A DNA stretch of 64,000 nucleotides. Origin: Macrostomum lignano (taxonomy: Eukaryota). Within the stretch, counting starts at the first letter, position 1; the number at the start of each line of letters is the position of its first letter. Below, piece after piece: positions 1-13,019 of this stretch. The notes under the pieces are model-generated. The model was given only the letters and a program-made list of their open reading frames with translations, ran no database searches and was not told the DNA's origin. The stretch spans positions 41,016 through 105,015 of the forward strand of contig NIVC01003304.1 in assembly GCA_002269645.1 (NCBI GenBank). Reading direction: 5' to 3'. Made by a program: the position numbers and the translations under genes.

Positions 1-399
1 AGTTCCTTTCCCGGGAAAATTTATTTTGAATGTCATATAGAAAAGCCGCTGAGAAAAGGGGAGAATTTTTTTCTTATTGCAATCCTTTCCCGCTAAAAAG
101 GCGCGAGTGCAGGGATAAAACTAGGTGAGGAAATAATCCCCGGGCACATTGCAATTTGTCTTTGAAACTTATGTTTAAAGGCCTGTTGGATTCTTGCATT
201 TTTCAGTCCCTATTGACTAAGAAGAAGTCAAGAGGATCAATGGTTCTTTTCTTCGAACCGCTGGGAGAGCCGAGTAGTTTTTTTATGCCAGTCAACAATA
301 GCCGTTCTCCCAACAATGGGTGAGTATTCATTCGCTGGACAGCTGTGCGCGCCCCCGTCCCTGTTTGCAGTTGTTGTGTAAACTGCATATCAGACTGGA

Positions 400-721
400 T
401 CAGCGCTGCCGCTTATATTGCTTATTATCGATCGGCGAAACGAGTTTGGGCGATCCTAGGAAAAATCGATTTATCCCGATATCTTTGGTCCTGGGCTTAT
501 AGCCTCCCAGTTCGATGTGCACTCTCTCCGTTGAGTGGCCATCGAAGCTAATACTTATTATTCGCATTCGCTTCAATAGAATCGATCCCTGGGGTAAGCG
601 GAACACAACGGGGTGGCTGCCTGTTGTTCTTGCTTGGCTTTGGCTAACTGAGTGCGTTTTCAGAACCCCACAGTATCTGTGTGCGCTCGGAGAGTAAGAG
701 AGGCCGTCCACGAGCGTAAGA
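400..721 (-). CDS. Candidate terminal exon of an unidentified minus-strand gene (LTLVDGLSYSPSAHRYCGVLK...KQYKRQR*)
   Basis: Acceptor ttccag| at 723-722. Phase 2 matches the donor of the upstream exon. Open to the stop at 400. No family recognised. Confidence 0.4.
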
Positions 722-748
722 CTGGAATGCTAGTGCCACTGTCTGAAA

Positions 749-1270
749 ATCCGGTTCCGGTTTATCCGGTTCCGGTTCATCCGGTTCCGGTTTATCCGGC
801 TCCGATTCATCCGGTTCCGGTTTATCCGGCTCCGATTCATCCGGTTCCGGTTCATCCGGTTCCAGTTTATCCGGTTCCGGTTCATCCGGTTCCGGTTTAT
901 CCGGCTCCGATTCATCCGGTTCCGGTTCATCCGGTTCCAGTTTATCCGGTTCCGGTTCATCCGGTTCCGGTTTATCCGGCTCCGATTCATCCGGTTCCGG
1001 TTTATCCGGCTCCGATTCATCCGGTTCCGGTTCATCCGGTTCCAGTTTATCCGGTTCCGGTTCATCCGGTTCCGGTTTATCCGGCTCCGATTCATCCGGT
1101 TCCGGTTCATCCGGTTCCAGTTTATCCGGTTCCGGTTTATCCGGTTCCGGTTTATCCGGTTCCGGTTTATCCGGTTCCGGTTTATCCGGTTCCGGTTTGT
1201 CCGGTTCCGGTTTGTCCGGTTCCGGTTTGTCTGGTTCCGGTTCATCCGGTTCCGGTTTGTCAGGTTCTGG
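749..1270 (+). repeat. 15-bp minisatellite (CCGGTTCCGGTTTAT variants)
   Basis: About 35 visible tandem units. Confidence 0.95.
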
Positions 1271-1454
1271 ATTATCTGGATCACGTCTGTTTTTTGCGAG
1301 AATTAATCAAAAATGGATGTCATGAACTCTTCGTGTGGCTCCTCAGTTAGGAAGAAAACCCGGAACCGGACCGGAAAATAACGATGACGAACCCAGCCTA
1401 AATAAATAGTTATTCAGCTACCTAATATTAGCGAATCGAGCCTACTGCACTCAC

Positions 1455-1700
1455 GAGACCGAGTGGACGGATCCTTGCTATCGCTGTCCTGCACGAGGCG
1501 TCGCTTTTTCAACGGCAGGGCCTTCTCGTAGGCATCGGCGTCCTGGCCGCTTCGAATCCGGCGCTTCTCCTCCGGCGCGGCTTCGTCGGGCGGCGGCGGC
1601 GGCGGTGTCGGCGGCGTCGGAGCCTGAGCTGTCGGGACCGCCTGCTGCGACTGTCTGTCGGGCTTGCTGAAGTATCCGCGATGTGGGGGAGAACAAGGTG
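1455..1700 (-). CDS. Candidate internal exon of the unidentified gene (Pro-rich, PLKKRRL motif in the shifted frame)
   Basis: Acceptor ctctag| and donor |GTGAGT; 246 bp, phase 2-2. The entry frame hits TAG at 1480-1478. The shifted frame reads PTPPTPPPPPPDEAAPEEKRR...ALPLKKRRLVQD, which suggests compensating indels. Confidence 0.4.
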
Positions 1701-1794
1701 CTAGAGGTAATTAGAACCATTACTTACCCAGATTAATAGATGAAAATCTTCAAAGAAAAGTCCCAGTTTCAAGGTGTGAATATTAGTAATTCAC

Positions 1795-2359
1795 CTGTCA
1801 GCTTTCGGCGAATACGGACTGTCGCCCAGGATGAAGCCCTGCTCCTCCGCGCCGTCCTCCTCCTCCTCTTCCTCATCCGCGTCCGCGTCTCCATCGCAAG
1901 CCTCCGCCTCTGCAGCGTCGCAGCTGTCGCCTTCCTTGCCGACCTCCCTGGCAGCTTCGGCCAGCCGCCTGACGTCAACAATTCGCAGAGTCGGCACTTG
2001 GCGCCGGTCGCCGTCCGGCGAGGTCGAATAGCAGACGCGGAACTGACGGTTTTCTGACGGCGACTCTCCGGTGCTCTGCAGCTTCTGCTCAAACCAGTTG
2101 TGGTGCGGCAGCGACTGGCGCAGCACCGCCTCGGCTGACGGCGCCGTCGCCTGTTGATTCTTCGTCGGGTGCTGCTTCTTCCTGCTGTTCCGCCTGCCGC
2201 CGCCTGCCGCCTGCTGCGAACTCGATGGCGCGGCGGCCGAGGACTCCATGGCTTGCCGCGGCGGCGACTTGCCTGATGTCTCTGACGCCGCTTCCGCTAC
2301 TGCGGCGGATGTCTCCTCGTCCGCTTCTCCCGGCTGATGCTGCCCGTCCACCGCTGGCG
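1795..2359 (-). CDS. Internal exon of the unidentified gene (acidic, low complexity)
   Basis: Acceptor ttgcag| and donor AG|GTGAAT. Fully open and GC-rich, with an EEEEEEDG tract. Phase 1 start matches the exon at 8042-8291. Confidence 0.6.
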
Positions 2360-2940
2360 CTGCAAGTAACCGGAGAGGGGGTTCGATCGGGAGGGAATTA
2401 AGCAGGAATTAAGAGGGAGTTATTTATTTATCCTGTGAGGCCGCTGTCTTCACCCCTACCTACTTCCGCTGCCTCTCTTTCTCTCAAACCCCTACTCAGC
2501 CATCTGACCGGAAATGGCGATACGGGTGGGGGCTGGGGTGGAAAACAAAATAATGGGATAATGCTTCCGCTCTGCCTACCTTCGTATCGGCTTGACTGGG
2601 TGGGAAATTCTAGAGACAAAACTGAGCATTGAGGAAGCACCGTTTTAATCGTAAACCAACGCGGGTGCTTCCGATATGAGCATAAAAATTTTGTATAAGA
2701 TAATTCGCTGAGATATTCCTAGCTATTCAGTAGGCCAGGCCAGCCACACACAGATGGATCCAAGTCAAAATCTGCCAGAATACCATTTCGCGAAATGCTT
2801 GGTTTGACCATTTTGTTCAAGAATATATATTGCTTTCCTGTGCCTGTTTGTGCTTCAGTTCGTATTCTATGCATGCATAGTGTCTCAGTGCTACTCGTGC
2901 TTTCCCACTCGCATCTGCGCTGCGTCTCACTGATCTCTTG

Positions 2941-5900
2941 TTTTCATCTACTCTCCGTCTCTCTCATCTACTCTCGGTCTCTTTAATCTACTCTCGGTCT
3001 CTTTAATCTACTCTCGGTCTCTCTAATCTACTCTCCGTCTCTCTCATCTACTCTCGTTCTCTTTAATCTACTCTCCGTCTCTTTAATCTACTCTCGGTCT
3101 CTTTAATCTACTCTCCGTCTCTTTAATCTACTCTCGGTCTCTCTAATCTACTCTGCGTCTCTCTAATCTACTCTGCGTCTCTCTAATCTACTCTGAATCT
3201 CTCTAATCTACTTTGAGTCTCTCTAATCTACTCTCCATCTTTCTAATCTACTCTCGGTCTCTCTAATCTACTCTGCGTCTCTCTAATCTACTCTCCATCT
3301 TTCTAATCTCCTCTGCGTCTCTCTAATCTACTCTGCGTCTCTCTAATCTACTCTGAATCTCTCTAATCTACTTTGAGTCTCTCTAATCTACTCTCCATCT
3401 TTCTAATCTACTCTCGGTCTCTCTAATCTACTCTGCGTCTCTCTAATCTACTCTCCATCTTTCTAATCTCCTCTGCGTCTCTCTAATCTACTCTGCGTCT
3501 CTCTAATCTACTCTCCATCTTTCTAATCTACTCTCGGTCTCTCTAATCTACTCTCCGTCTCTCTAATCTACTCTCGGTCTCTCTAATCTACTCTCGGTCT
3601 CTTTAATCTACTCTCCGTCTCTCTCATCTACTCTCCATCTTTCTAATCTACTCTCGGTCTCTTTAATCTACTCTCCGTCTCTCTAATCTACTCTCGGTCT
3701 CTTTAATCTACTCTCCGTCTCTTTAATCTACTCTCGGTCTCTCTAATCTACTCTCCGTCTCTCTCATCTACTCTCGTTCTCTTTAATCTACTCTCCGTCT
3801 CTTTAATCTACTCTCGGTCTCTTTAATCTACTCTCCGTCTCTTTAATCTACTCTCGGTCTCTCTAATCTACTCTGCGTCTCTCTAATCTACTCTGCGTCT
3901 CTCTAATCTACTCTGAATCTCTCTAATCTACTTTGAGTCTCTCTAATCTACTCTCCATCTTTCTAATCTACTCTCGGTCTCTCTAATCTACTCTGCGTCT
4001 CTCTAATCTACTCTCCATCTTTCTAATCTCCTCTGCGTCTCTCTAATCTACTCTGCGTCTCTCTAATCTACTCTGAATCTCTCTAATCTACTTTGAGTCT
4101 CTCTAATCTACTCTCCATCTTTCTAATCTACTCTCGGTCTCTCTAATCTACTCTGCGTCTCTCTAATCTACTCTCCATCTTTCTAATCTCCTCTGCGTCT
4201 CTCTAATCTACTCTGCGTCTCTCTAATCTACTCTCCATCTTTCTAATCTACTCTCGGTCTCTCTAATCTACTCTCCGTCTCTCTAATCTACTCTCGGTCT
4301 CTCTAATCTACTCTCGGTCTCTTTAATCTACTCTCCGTCTCTCTCATCTACTCTCCATCTTTCTAATCTACTCTCGGTCTCTTTAATCTACTCTCCGTCT
4401 CTCTAATCTACTCTCGGTCTCTTTAATCTACTCTCAGTCTCTCTAATCTACTCTCCGTCTCTCTCATCTACTCTCGGTCTCTTTAATCTACTCTCGGTCT
4501 CTTTAATCTACTCTCGGTCTCTCTAATCTACTCTCCGTCTCTCTCATCTACTCTAGGTCTCTTTAATCTACTCTCCGTCTCTCTCATCTACTCTCGGTCT
4601 CTTTCATCTACTCTGAGTCTGTCTAATCTACTCTCGGTCTCTCTAATCTACTCTCGGTCTCTCTAATCTACTCTCGGTCTCTCTAATCTACTCTCGGTCT
4701 CTCTAATCTACTCTCGGTCTCTTTAATCTACTCTCGGTCTCTTTAATCTACTCTCGGTCTCTCTAATCTATTCTCCGTCTCTCTCATCTACTCTAGGTTT
4801 CTTTAATCTACTTACCGTCTCTCTCATCTACTCTAGGTCTCTTTAATCTACTCTCCGTCTCTCTCATCTACTCTCGGTCTCTTTCATCTACTCTGAGTCT
4901 GTCTAATCTACTCTCGGTCTCTTTCATCTACTCTGAGTCTGTCTAATCTACTCTCGGTCTCTCTAATCTACTCTCGGTCTCTCTAATCTACTCTCGGTCT
5001 CTCTCATCTACTCTCGGTCTCTTTAATCTACTCACGGTCTCTTTAATCTACTCTCGGTCTCTCTAATCTACTCTCCGTCTCTCTCATCTACTCTAGGTCT
5101 CTTTAATCTACTCTCCGTCTCTCTCATCTACTCTCGGTCTCTTTCATCTACTCCGAGTCTGTCTAATCTACTCTCGGTCTCTCTAATCTACTCTCGGTCT
5201 CTCTAATCTACTCTCGGTCTCTCTAATCTACTCTCCGTCTCTATCATCTACTCTCGGTCTCTTTAATCTACTCTCGGTCTCTTTAATCTACTCTCGGTCT
5301 CTCTAATCTATTCTCCGTCTCTCTCATCTACTCTAGGTTTCTTTAATCTACTCACCGTCTCTCTCATCTACTCTAGGTCTCTTTAATCTACTCTCCGTCT
5401 CTCTCATCTACTCTCGGTCTCTTTCATCTACTCTGAGTCTGTCTAATCTACTCTCGGTCTCTTTCATCTACTCTGAGTCTGTCTAATCTACTCTCGGTCT
5501 CTCTAATCTACTCTCGGTCTCTCTAATCTACTCTCGGTCTCTCTCATCTACTCTCGGTCTCTTTAATCTACTCACGGTCTCTTTAATCTACTCTCGGTCT
5601 CTCTAATCTACTCTCCGTCTCTCTCATCTACTCTCGGTCCCTTTAATCTACTCTCGGTCTATTTCATCTACTCTCGGTCTCTCTAATCTACTCTCGGTCT
5701 CTCTAATCTACTCTGAATCTCTCTCATCTACTCTGCGTCTCTCTAATCTACTCTGAATCTCTCTAGTCTACTCTCCATCTTTTCAATCTACTCTCGGTCT
5801 CTCTAATCTACTCTCGGTCTCTTTCATCTACTCTGAGTCTGTCTAATCTACTCTCGGTCTCTCTAATCTACTCTGAATCTGTCTCATCTACTCTCGGTCT

Positions 5901-6843
5901 CTCTAATCTACTCTCGGTCTCTCTAATCTACTCTCGGTCTCTCTCATCTACTCTCGGTCTCTTTAATCTACTCACGGTCTCTTTAATCTACTCTCGGTCT
6001 CTCTAATCTACTCTCCGTCTCTCTCATCTACTCTCGGTCCCTTTAATCTACTCTCGGTCTATTTCATCTACTCTCGGTCTCTCTAATCTACTCTCGGTCT
6101 CTCTAATCTACTCTGAATCTCTCTCATCTACTCTGCGTCTCTCTAATCTACTCTGAGTCTCTCTAATCTACTCTCCATCTTTCTAATCTCCTCTGCGTCT
6201 CTCTAATCTACTCTGCGTCTCTCTAATCTACTCTCGGTCTCTCTAATCTACTCTCCATCTCTATAATCTACTCTGAATCTCTCTAATCTACTCTGCGTCT
6301 CTCTAATCTACTCTGATTCTCTCTAATCTATTCTGCGTCTCTCTAATCTACTCTCGGTCTCTCTAATCTACTCTCCGTCTCTCTCATCTACTCTCGGTCT
6401 CTTTAATCTACTCTCGGTCTCTTTCATCTACTCTGAGTCTGTCTAATCTACTCTCGGTCTCTCTAATCTACTCTGAGTCTCTCTAATCTACTCTGAATCT
6501 CTCTCATCTACTCTGCGTCTCTCTAATCTACTCTCCATCTTTCTAATCTACTCTCCATCTCTCTAATCTACTCTCGGTCTCTCTAATCTACTCTCCATCT
6601 CTCTAATCTACTCTCCGTCTCTCTCATCTACTCTCGGTCTCTCTAATCTACTCTCCATCCCTCTACTCTACTCTCCATCTTTTTAATCTACTCTCCATCT
6701 CTTTAATCTACTCTGAGTCTGTCTAATCTACTCTCGGTCTCTCAAATCTACTCTGAATCTCTCAAATCTACTCTGAATCTCTCTAATCTACTCTGCGTCT
6801 CTCTAATCTATTCAGCGTCTCTCTAATCTACTCTCCGTCTCTC
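2941..6843 (+). repeat. 20-bp satellite (CTCTAATCTACTCTCGGTCT variants), about 195 units, with higher-order structure
   Basis: The 20-bp register is kept throughout. 720-bp, 540-bp and 400-bp block duplications are visible. Confidence 0.97.
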
Positions 6844-8041
6844 TATTATTTATATCTCCGTCTCATATATTTATATTTATAGCTGCAAAGATGGCGGCAT
6901 TCAATTAAAGTACAAAATCTACTTTCAAAAGCTGGTCTCCTTACGAGAGCCGGCCCGTTGTGACGCGCAACTTTACTTCATCTAATTTTGAATAAATAAA
7001 TTGCCTGTTGTAAAAACGGGACCCATCCGCCTACAAGTGGACATTAAGTTTTGAATATTTAATGCCCAATATCTAAGCGTTTTTGAGATAATTTTTCCAG
7101 CCTCAAAATTTTGACAGTTAAAAAAATAAACTTGGCCTCCTTGTTAAAAAAATAAACTTGGCCTCCTTGGCCTATCAATGTCTCCCCTCCCCAATTCCCA
7201 TTTGCTAGGCTGGGCAATTTATATTTCATATTTGATTGTCTATTAATTTTCCCGGCCCGTTCCGGTTCAGCAGCAGTTGTCCCGCATTGGCATCTGAGGG
7301 GGTTGGCGCCACCCCCCCCATCCGCGCTTTTGAGCGCAGATCCATCAGGTCATTTAATAATTCATAAGTCCGCGGAGGATTTGGGGCCTCCGCCGCGCTA
7401 CTCAAACGCTACCTGCTTCTACCTGCCTGCAACAATGACTGGAGCTCTTCCGCAACCGGGGGGGGGGGCATCCACTTGAAAATTTCAACTGTGGGCGCCG
7501 TGTTTCAACTAAAAAAGTTTTCTCTATGTGTCGACTCAAGCAAATCCTTGTTGAAGCAATTCGCCTTTTTTCCCTCTCAAACAATGTCTGCAACAGTTTC
7601 TGCTTGTGTTGATCGATTTCTTCCTCAACTCCGGCTGAAACTTTTGCAAATTTTCTTTAAAGACAACAACTGACAGCGACTTCTGGGGGCTCCATCGGGC
7701 CAGTCAAGACGGCAAGCCAGGAGGAGAAAAAATGAGATTGCCCTCCGATGCGGTCCAGTGGGCGCGCGCTTGAATTGTCGTAAAAGCGAATTCAGCGAAG
7801 TCACGCAGCGCGCAGCGGCGCTCAGTCGTGTCGAACGCAGGCACCGCCTCACTCCGCGGGATGCCTCAGTAAATGCGGAATCCTTTTTTGATGGGGAGCA
7901 TACCGAGAGAGCAATAATAGCTGATTTCTGGTAGACACAGTACTACCACAGTACTCGCTCGGATTCTAGATTCTCGATTGCGATTCTCGCCAAGATGAGA
8001 AATGAATATACGCTCGTAGAGAAACGAAAAGAGCAACTCAC

Positions 8042-8291
8042 CTGTCGTTGAGCAGGTGTCCAGCTCGTCAACCACCGTGAACTCCTCTTCCATTGAGGTT
8101 GTGCAGTCGGAGTCTTCGCCGACTGTTAAGGCAGCTGACGCGCTGTCCGAGTCGAAACTGCGCTGTTGCTGCGGCTGTTGATGCTGCTGCTGGTTCTTGT
8201 CCAGCACCCTCTGGTAGCTGGCGCTCTCTGCCTGGCACATGACTTTTACAAGAGGCAGCGCAACAGGTGGGCGGGGAGTTTGAGAGAAGCA
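8042..8291 (-). CDS. Upstream exon of the unidentified gene (CFSQTPRPPVALPLVKVMCQAES...DTCSTT)
   Basis: Polypyrimidine acceptor cttcgctcctctccag| with a ctaac branch-like motif; donor G|GTGAGT, phase 1. Open and Gln/Ser/Asp-rich. Confidence 0.55.
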
Positions 8292-11200
8292 CTGGAGAGG
8301 AGCGAAGTGAGCTTAGCTAGTTAGCGCTGGGCAATGAATGCTACTCTTCGCTCAAGGGAGACCCCGATAGAAGCTGCCGGGGAGGGGCTGAGAAATTTCT
8401 TTTTTTGTCTCTCCACTCCGCGCGATTTGTATTTCAATCCGATCTCCACTCCCTTCAGCTGCTTCTGGCAGCAGCAAGCAGCAGTGCAGTACCTTCCGCT
8501 GGGCTGTCTCTCATTGGCGAGTGCGGGGGGTAAGGCAACAGGGCAAGGGTGGGACACATCTGACGTGTAACAGTTGGACAGGGTCTGCGTGGCTCCCCTT
8601 CTCTCCGCTCAGCCCAGCTGATGACGGGAAGCCGACTCTGGTGTGTGTGTGTGTGGTGTCTTCATCAGATTGGCTGGCCTGGATTCAATCAAGCCTTGTC
8701 TGCAGGGCCAAGGTTTGGAGTTTTGCAGCAACTTTGAATGCGTCTCGCTTTCTAGGCTCAGAGTTTTCCTTGGAGCTGTTCGGTGCCATTGTCACCGTTT
8801 CTATTTAACCGCTTCCTGTCTTGTCAGTCTGTTTTCGACTATTTTTGTCTCTTCTTCCTGCTCGAAGGCTCGGGGGAGAGGGGATGTTGTTTCTTCGGGC
8901 AGTCGGTCGCATTTTACTTCCGTTTCGCAAATTTGCCTCAGTCTGCTGGTCTCTGTCAACGCTGCAACCCGGATGAGAGAAGTTTTCTATTTTTTTTGTT
9001 TCAACTCAGCAATCAAAACAGGTTCTGCCTGGGATTCTAGAAAATGTTTCACTTTGTGTACTATTCCCAGTGTGTGCTTAAGCAACTGTAATCCCTGAGC
9101 ACTGGGGTGATGGATATTTGTGACATTAAAAGACAGACATTGCTAGTCGAATGCAAACACAGATACCCCGCCGGTAATTTTTCAGTGAGCCGGTGTGCAT
9201 TATGTGTCCCTGGCCTCTGGCAAACAGAGGGACTGCGGCAATCTGCCATCATCAGAGAGTCTGGGGCTTGATCGACAAATGGATGACTGGGCATGGGTGC
9301 TAATCTGGTACCGGCTGTCAATATTTGATTTCTTAAGGAAAAAACATCACAGTCAAAGAATAGAGAGAGATGCTTAAAAGCAAATTCTGCTGGCAATTTC
9401 TGCACTCTGTCAATAACAACAAAACAGAAGTCTGCTATATTGGCAACAATGTTTAAAAATGTTAAAACAAATCGATCCATTTTTTAAATCCATGAACTTT
9501 TCCAACTTTAGTTTGCAACGCTTTTTTATATTGGGGTATGAAATTACCGCCTTCTGCTTAGAGACTTTGCCTGGCATTCCGCAGGGCCTTGCTTATTCAT
9601 TCATTAGCTCCTTCTGCCGTGTTTCTGCATCATCAGAGAATTTCACAATTTTTTAGTTGGAATTTTTCTTCATCAATAATTTGCCTTCCACCCCGGACAA
9701 GAGGGGGCTCTGAGCAAATAGAGCTAACTGGGGTATGAGAGACAAATGATGCCAGGGCTGGGTAACTCTGTCAGCTCCAACAGCGCATAGAACTCCGGCC
9801 CCGAAAGCGATGTGTTTGACAAGACAAAAAAACTCATTTATAATGACATGGGGTGATGCATAATGTGAGACAAAACAGGTGCGTCGCCTTGGTATGTCTT
9901 GCTTTAAAAATAAAGTGAGTGGCTGCATGCAACCATTCTTGAACCGTGAGCCGTCAGCAGCGGCGCCCCGGCCATTGTCATGCTTTGCCAGCGCCTGTCG
10001 GAGTTGCTTCGCTTGTTAACGGCAAATTGTTAAAGTGCAACAGGCCAAGACTTAAAATGTTAGCAGTTTGAAGTTAGAAACAGTTCATTGACACTAAAAC
10101 TGACCCTGTATTTACCAGAAACAGATATTCATCTATGAATGTTTTCAGAATTTTAACAAATTTAAACTACAAGATGCTTTTCAGCGCGTTGATCCGCTGC
10201 CAATGACACAAACAGTTCGCTGACGGCTTCCGGCTTATGCCAGAGGTTGCAGCACCAGCCGCGGGGGGGGGGTTTCTTTGCCTCTGTCATAAGCAAAACG
10301 ATAAACAGTTGTTACCGCGATAGCGTCATTGACTACGATAACCTGTGCTAGGCTTGTGAAGCATAAACAATTGTCCGCAACTGCAATTTTACCAGTGTAG
10401 ATTTGATAAATACGTAATTAAAATCAGCCAGTTCAATCTAGCCATGAGAGAGATATACGGTTTACGCTAACCTCGCATAACATAGTTTATGTTGCCACGC
10501 AATATAGTTATGACAAGTAATTTTACTATCATATAGTATTTGCATTGGTCAACTCAAGCTAATATTGAGCGCGGGAGCTGGGTGAGATTCAAAGTCATGT
10601 GACCTGCCAGCCAGCCAGCTGTGTATGAAATTAGCAACTCATACACAATAGCGCGGAGTTAAAGCTCACAAGCCCGCATCAGTTTTATAGCCAGGAGCTA
10701 CCAAGTCACTCTAGCGTTATTCTCTATGTACAGGGAAGCCGATTTCAGGCGTCGAGGCACCCGATCGCCGCTGCTGCACCACCTCCTTGAATTGAAGCCT
10801 TTAAACAGACAGTCAGGGCTAAGGGGGGGTATAAAAAAACTGCAGCTGAGGGCAGCTGAAAGTTGGCGGGCCAGCTCTGTGAGGCAGCCGAGTGGGTTCC
10901 ACCTCCGCAATTGTCAATTTTTTTTTAAAAGACTTGAGAAGCCGGTTGCGCGGCCCCCACCCCTGCCCAACCTCGCTCGAAGAGAAGTTTTGAATAAAAT
11001 ACGGAAGCAAGAGGGGATGCCATTGATTATTCTATCTGAGCTAAGCGCGTGGAGTGGGGCTATTGGAATACGGAGCTGGTGCTGGTCGCTATTGTGCCCT
11101 GCCGCAGACAGCTTGACCTACTAAACATTTCGCTGCGTCACTGCAGGCTCTCCCAGAAAGAACCTTAATAAACAAGCGTTTGAAGGACTGGCATAGCGAC

Positions 11201-11424
11201 TGCTTCGGTGATATTGCAGGGTTTCTGGGTAGGGGGGGGTATTTTTTAAATTTCAAGCAGACATTGCTGAGCTGGCAAATTCTTAATTGATTTGAATGTA
11301 TTGAGTTTTGCCGTTCCTTATTTAGCTAAAGCTTGGTATGCTTAGTGAGGATTTCTATATTTCTGAGAAAGCATAGTGAAGATTAAGTAAATTTCTCTAA
11401 GAACTCTGAGTAATTTAAACTAAG

Positions 11425-11720
11425 AATTTAGAGTGAAGATCATGTACATTTTCAAGAATTTAGAGTGAAGATTATGTACATTTTTAAGAAGTTGGAGTGA
11501 AGATCATGTACATTTTTAAGAAGTTGGAGTGAAGATTATGTACATTTTTAAGAAGTTGGAGTGAAGATTATGTACATTTCTTAGAATTCCGAGCATTGTG
11601 CATTTCTAAGAATTCCGAGTAATTTACATTTCTAAAAATTTTTTAATGAAGACTGTGCACATCTGTAGGAATTCTGAGTGGAGATTATGTACATTTTAAG
11701 AACTTTGAGTGAATACTTTT
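11425..11720 (+). repeat. About 31-bp degenerate tandem repeat (GAGTGAAGATCATGTACATTTTTAAGAAGTTG)
   Basis: Tandem units visible. Confidence 0.85.
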
Positions 11721-12234
11721 TCAGAATTCAAGATCCAAGATTTCTCTAAGAATACTTTCTAAATAGGTCGTAGCTTCTCTTGTTGCTTTGAGCTATCAGA
11801 AAAAAACAGTTATTTTTCTGAGCCCTGAATCTAAGCGGTGAAGAGGGGCGATATTCCCTGGTCACAGAACACGGCTGCATTTTTTATAATCTTAGCAAAG
11901 CCAATAAAGAACGGAATTTCCCGAGCGATAAACGCCACTTGCACTGATAAATTCCAAACCTGAAACTGGTCCGCACTTCCGCTTTCTGGTTGTGCAAAGC
12001 GATTTTACTCTTCCCAGCAACCCCCGAAATTTTAATAGTTTTTAATCATTTTTCCACTACTCCCGGCCTCTCGCGGCTGGAGAACATTTCTGACCATTTT
12101 TGTAACCTCTTGTGTTGACAATCATTAATCAGTTACAAAACTTAGTAATGATAGCAATTACAGTAATTGCAGGAGGGGCTGCTCCAATATCATCCTGCAC
12201 ACCCAACGCTGGCTCCTAAATATACAAGAGCGCC

Positions 12235-12360
12235 AAAACTGCAGGCACAGCACTCATACGCACGATCACACAGGGTGAACAGCAGCCCTGACTTTCTAAT
12301 CGTCAGGCATTGTGCACTCTCTGCAGTGCCTTGGCGGTTGGCCCTCATGCCGCTGACCCC
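12235..12360 (-). mobile_element. Partial copy of the SINE body
   Basis: cacacagggtgaacag...gactttctaatcgtcaggcat...ttggccctcatg shared with the other copies. Confidence 0.5.
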
Positions 12361-13019
12361 CTGCTCTGCTTGGTAGGTCCCATTGGCAGGGTGCCAAGCT
12401 TCTAGGTGGCCCAGTATGGTTGGTTTCAAGCGACTCGTCAATCTTTTGCTGTTAGTTAGGTTGCTGTCAGACAAATAAGAAAACAAATAAATACTTTTGT
12501 CGCTACTTGTTAACGATAGCAGTAGTATTAATTATTTCGGGTAAAAGTCGTTAACATAACTGCCGATTGGAAATCAACCATAAAATTTGCTTTTAATAAT
12601 CGGAGCAGATCATGCAGCAGGTACACGCATTGCTGGGCAGGACGTGACAGCTAGATATACATTATCCTCAACACAACTCGGATTGAACTAGGACATTGAT
12701 AATTACCAATTTCCGGTTTGTGCCACTCGTTTCACAGAATGCCAGGACCGAAATAAACCTGCTTTATTTCCATTCGCAATGCGTCCGCTCGATTGTAGAC
12801 CGGAAGCCATCGATTTCCGTTGCTTCAACAAGCTAAAAATATTTTTTTTTCGAACTGCTGATTGGAGGGAACATTTGAAAATAAGTCAGAAAGTTGAATC
12901 CTTGTTGGCTTCTCAGATTCGCCATTCAAACATAACTTCATGAATCCGAGTGCACTTGCACCCGCGACCAGCATGCTTTGATCGTGGAAGTTTTTTGCCC
13001 GCTTTCAATATCTTCAAAG

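Noticed and set aside
652-1350. Pro/Val-rich (PVPVY)n ORF and its antisense (NRNRI)n ORF
   Set aside because: Both arise from the 15-bp array lying in an intron of the minus-strand gene.
8490-9930. Long partly open minus-strand stretch that might be further exons or a transposon ORF
   Set aside because: Multiple stops in every frame and no recognisable domain; exon boundaries could not be supported.
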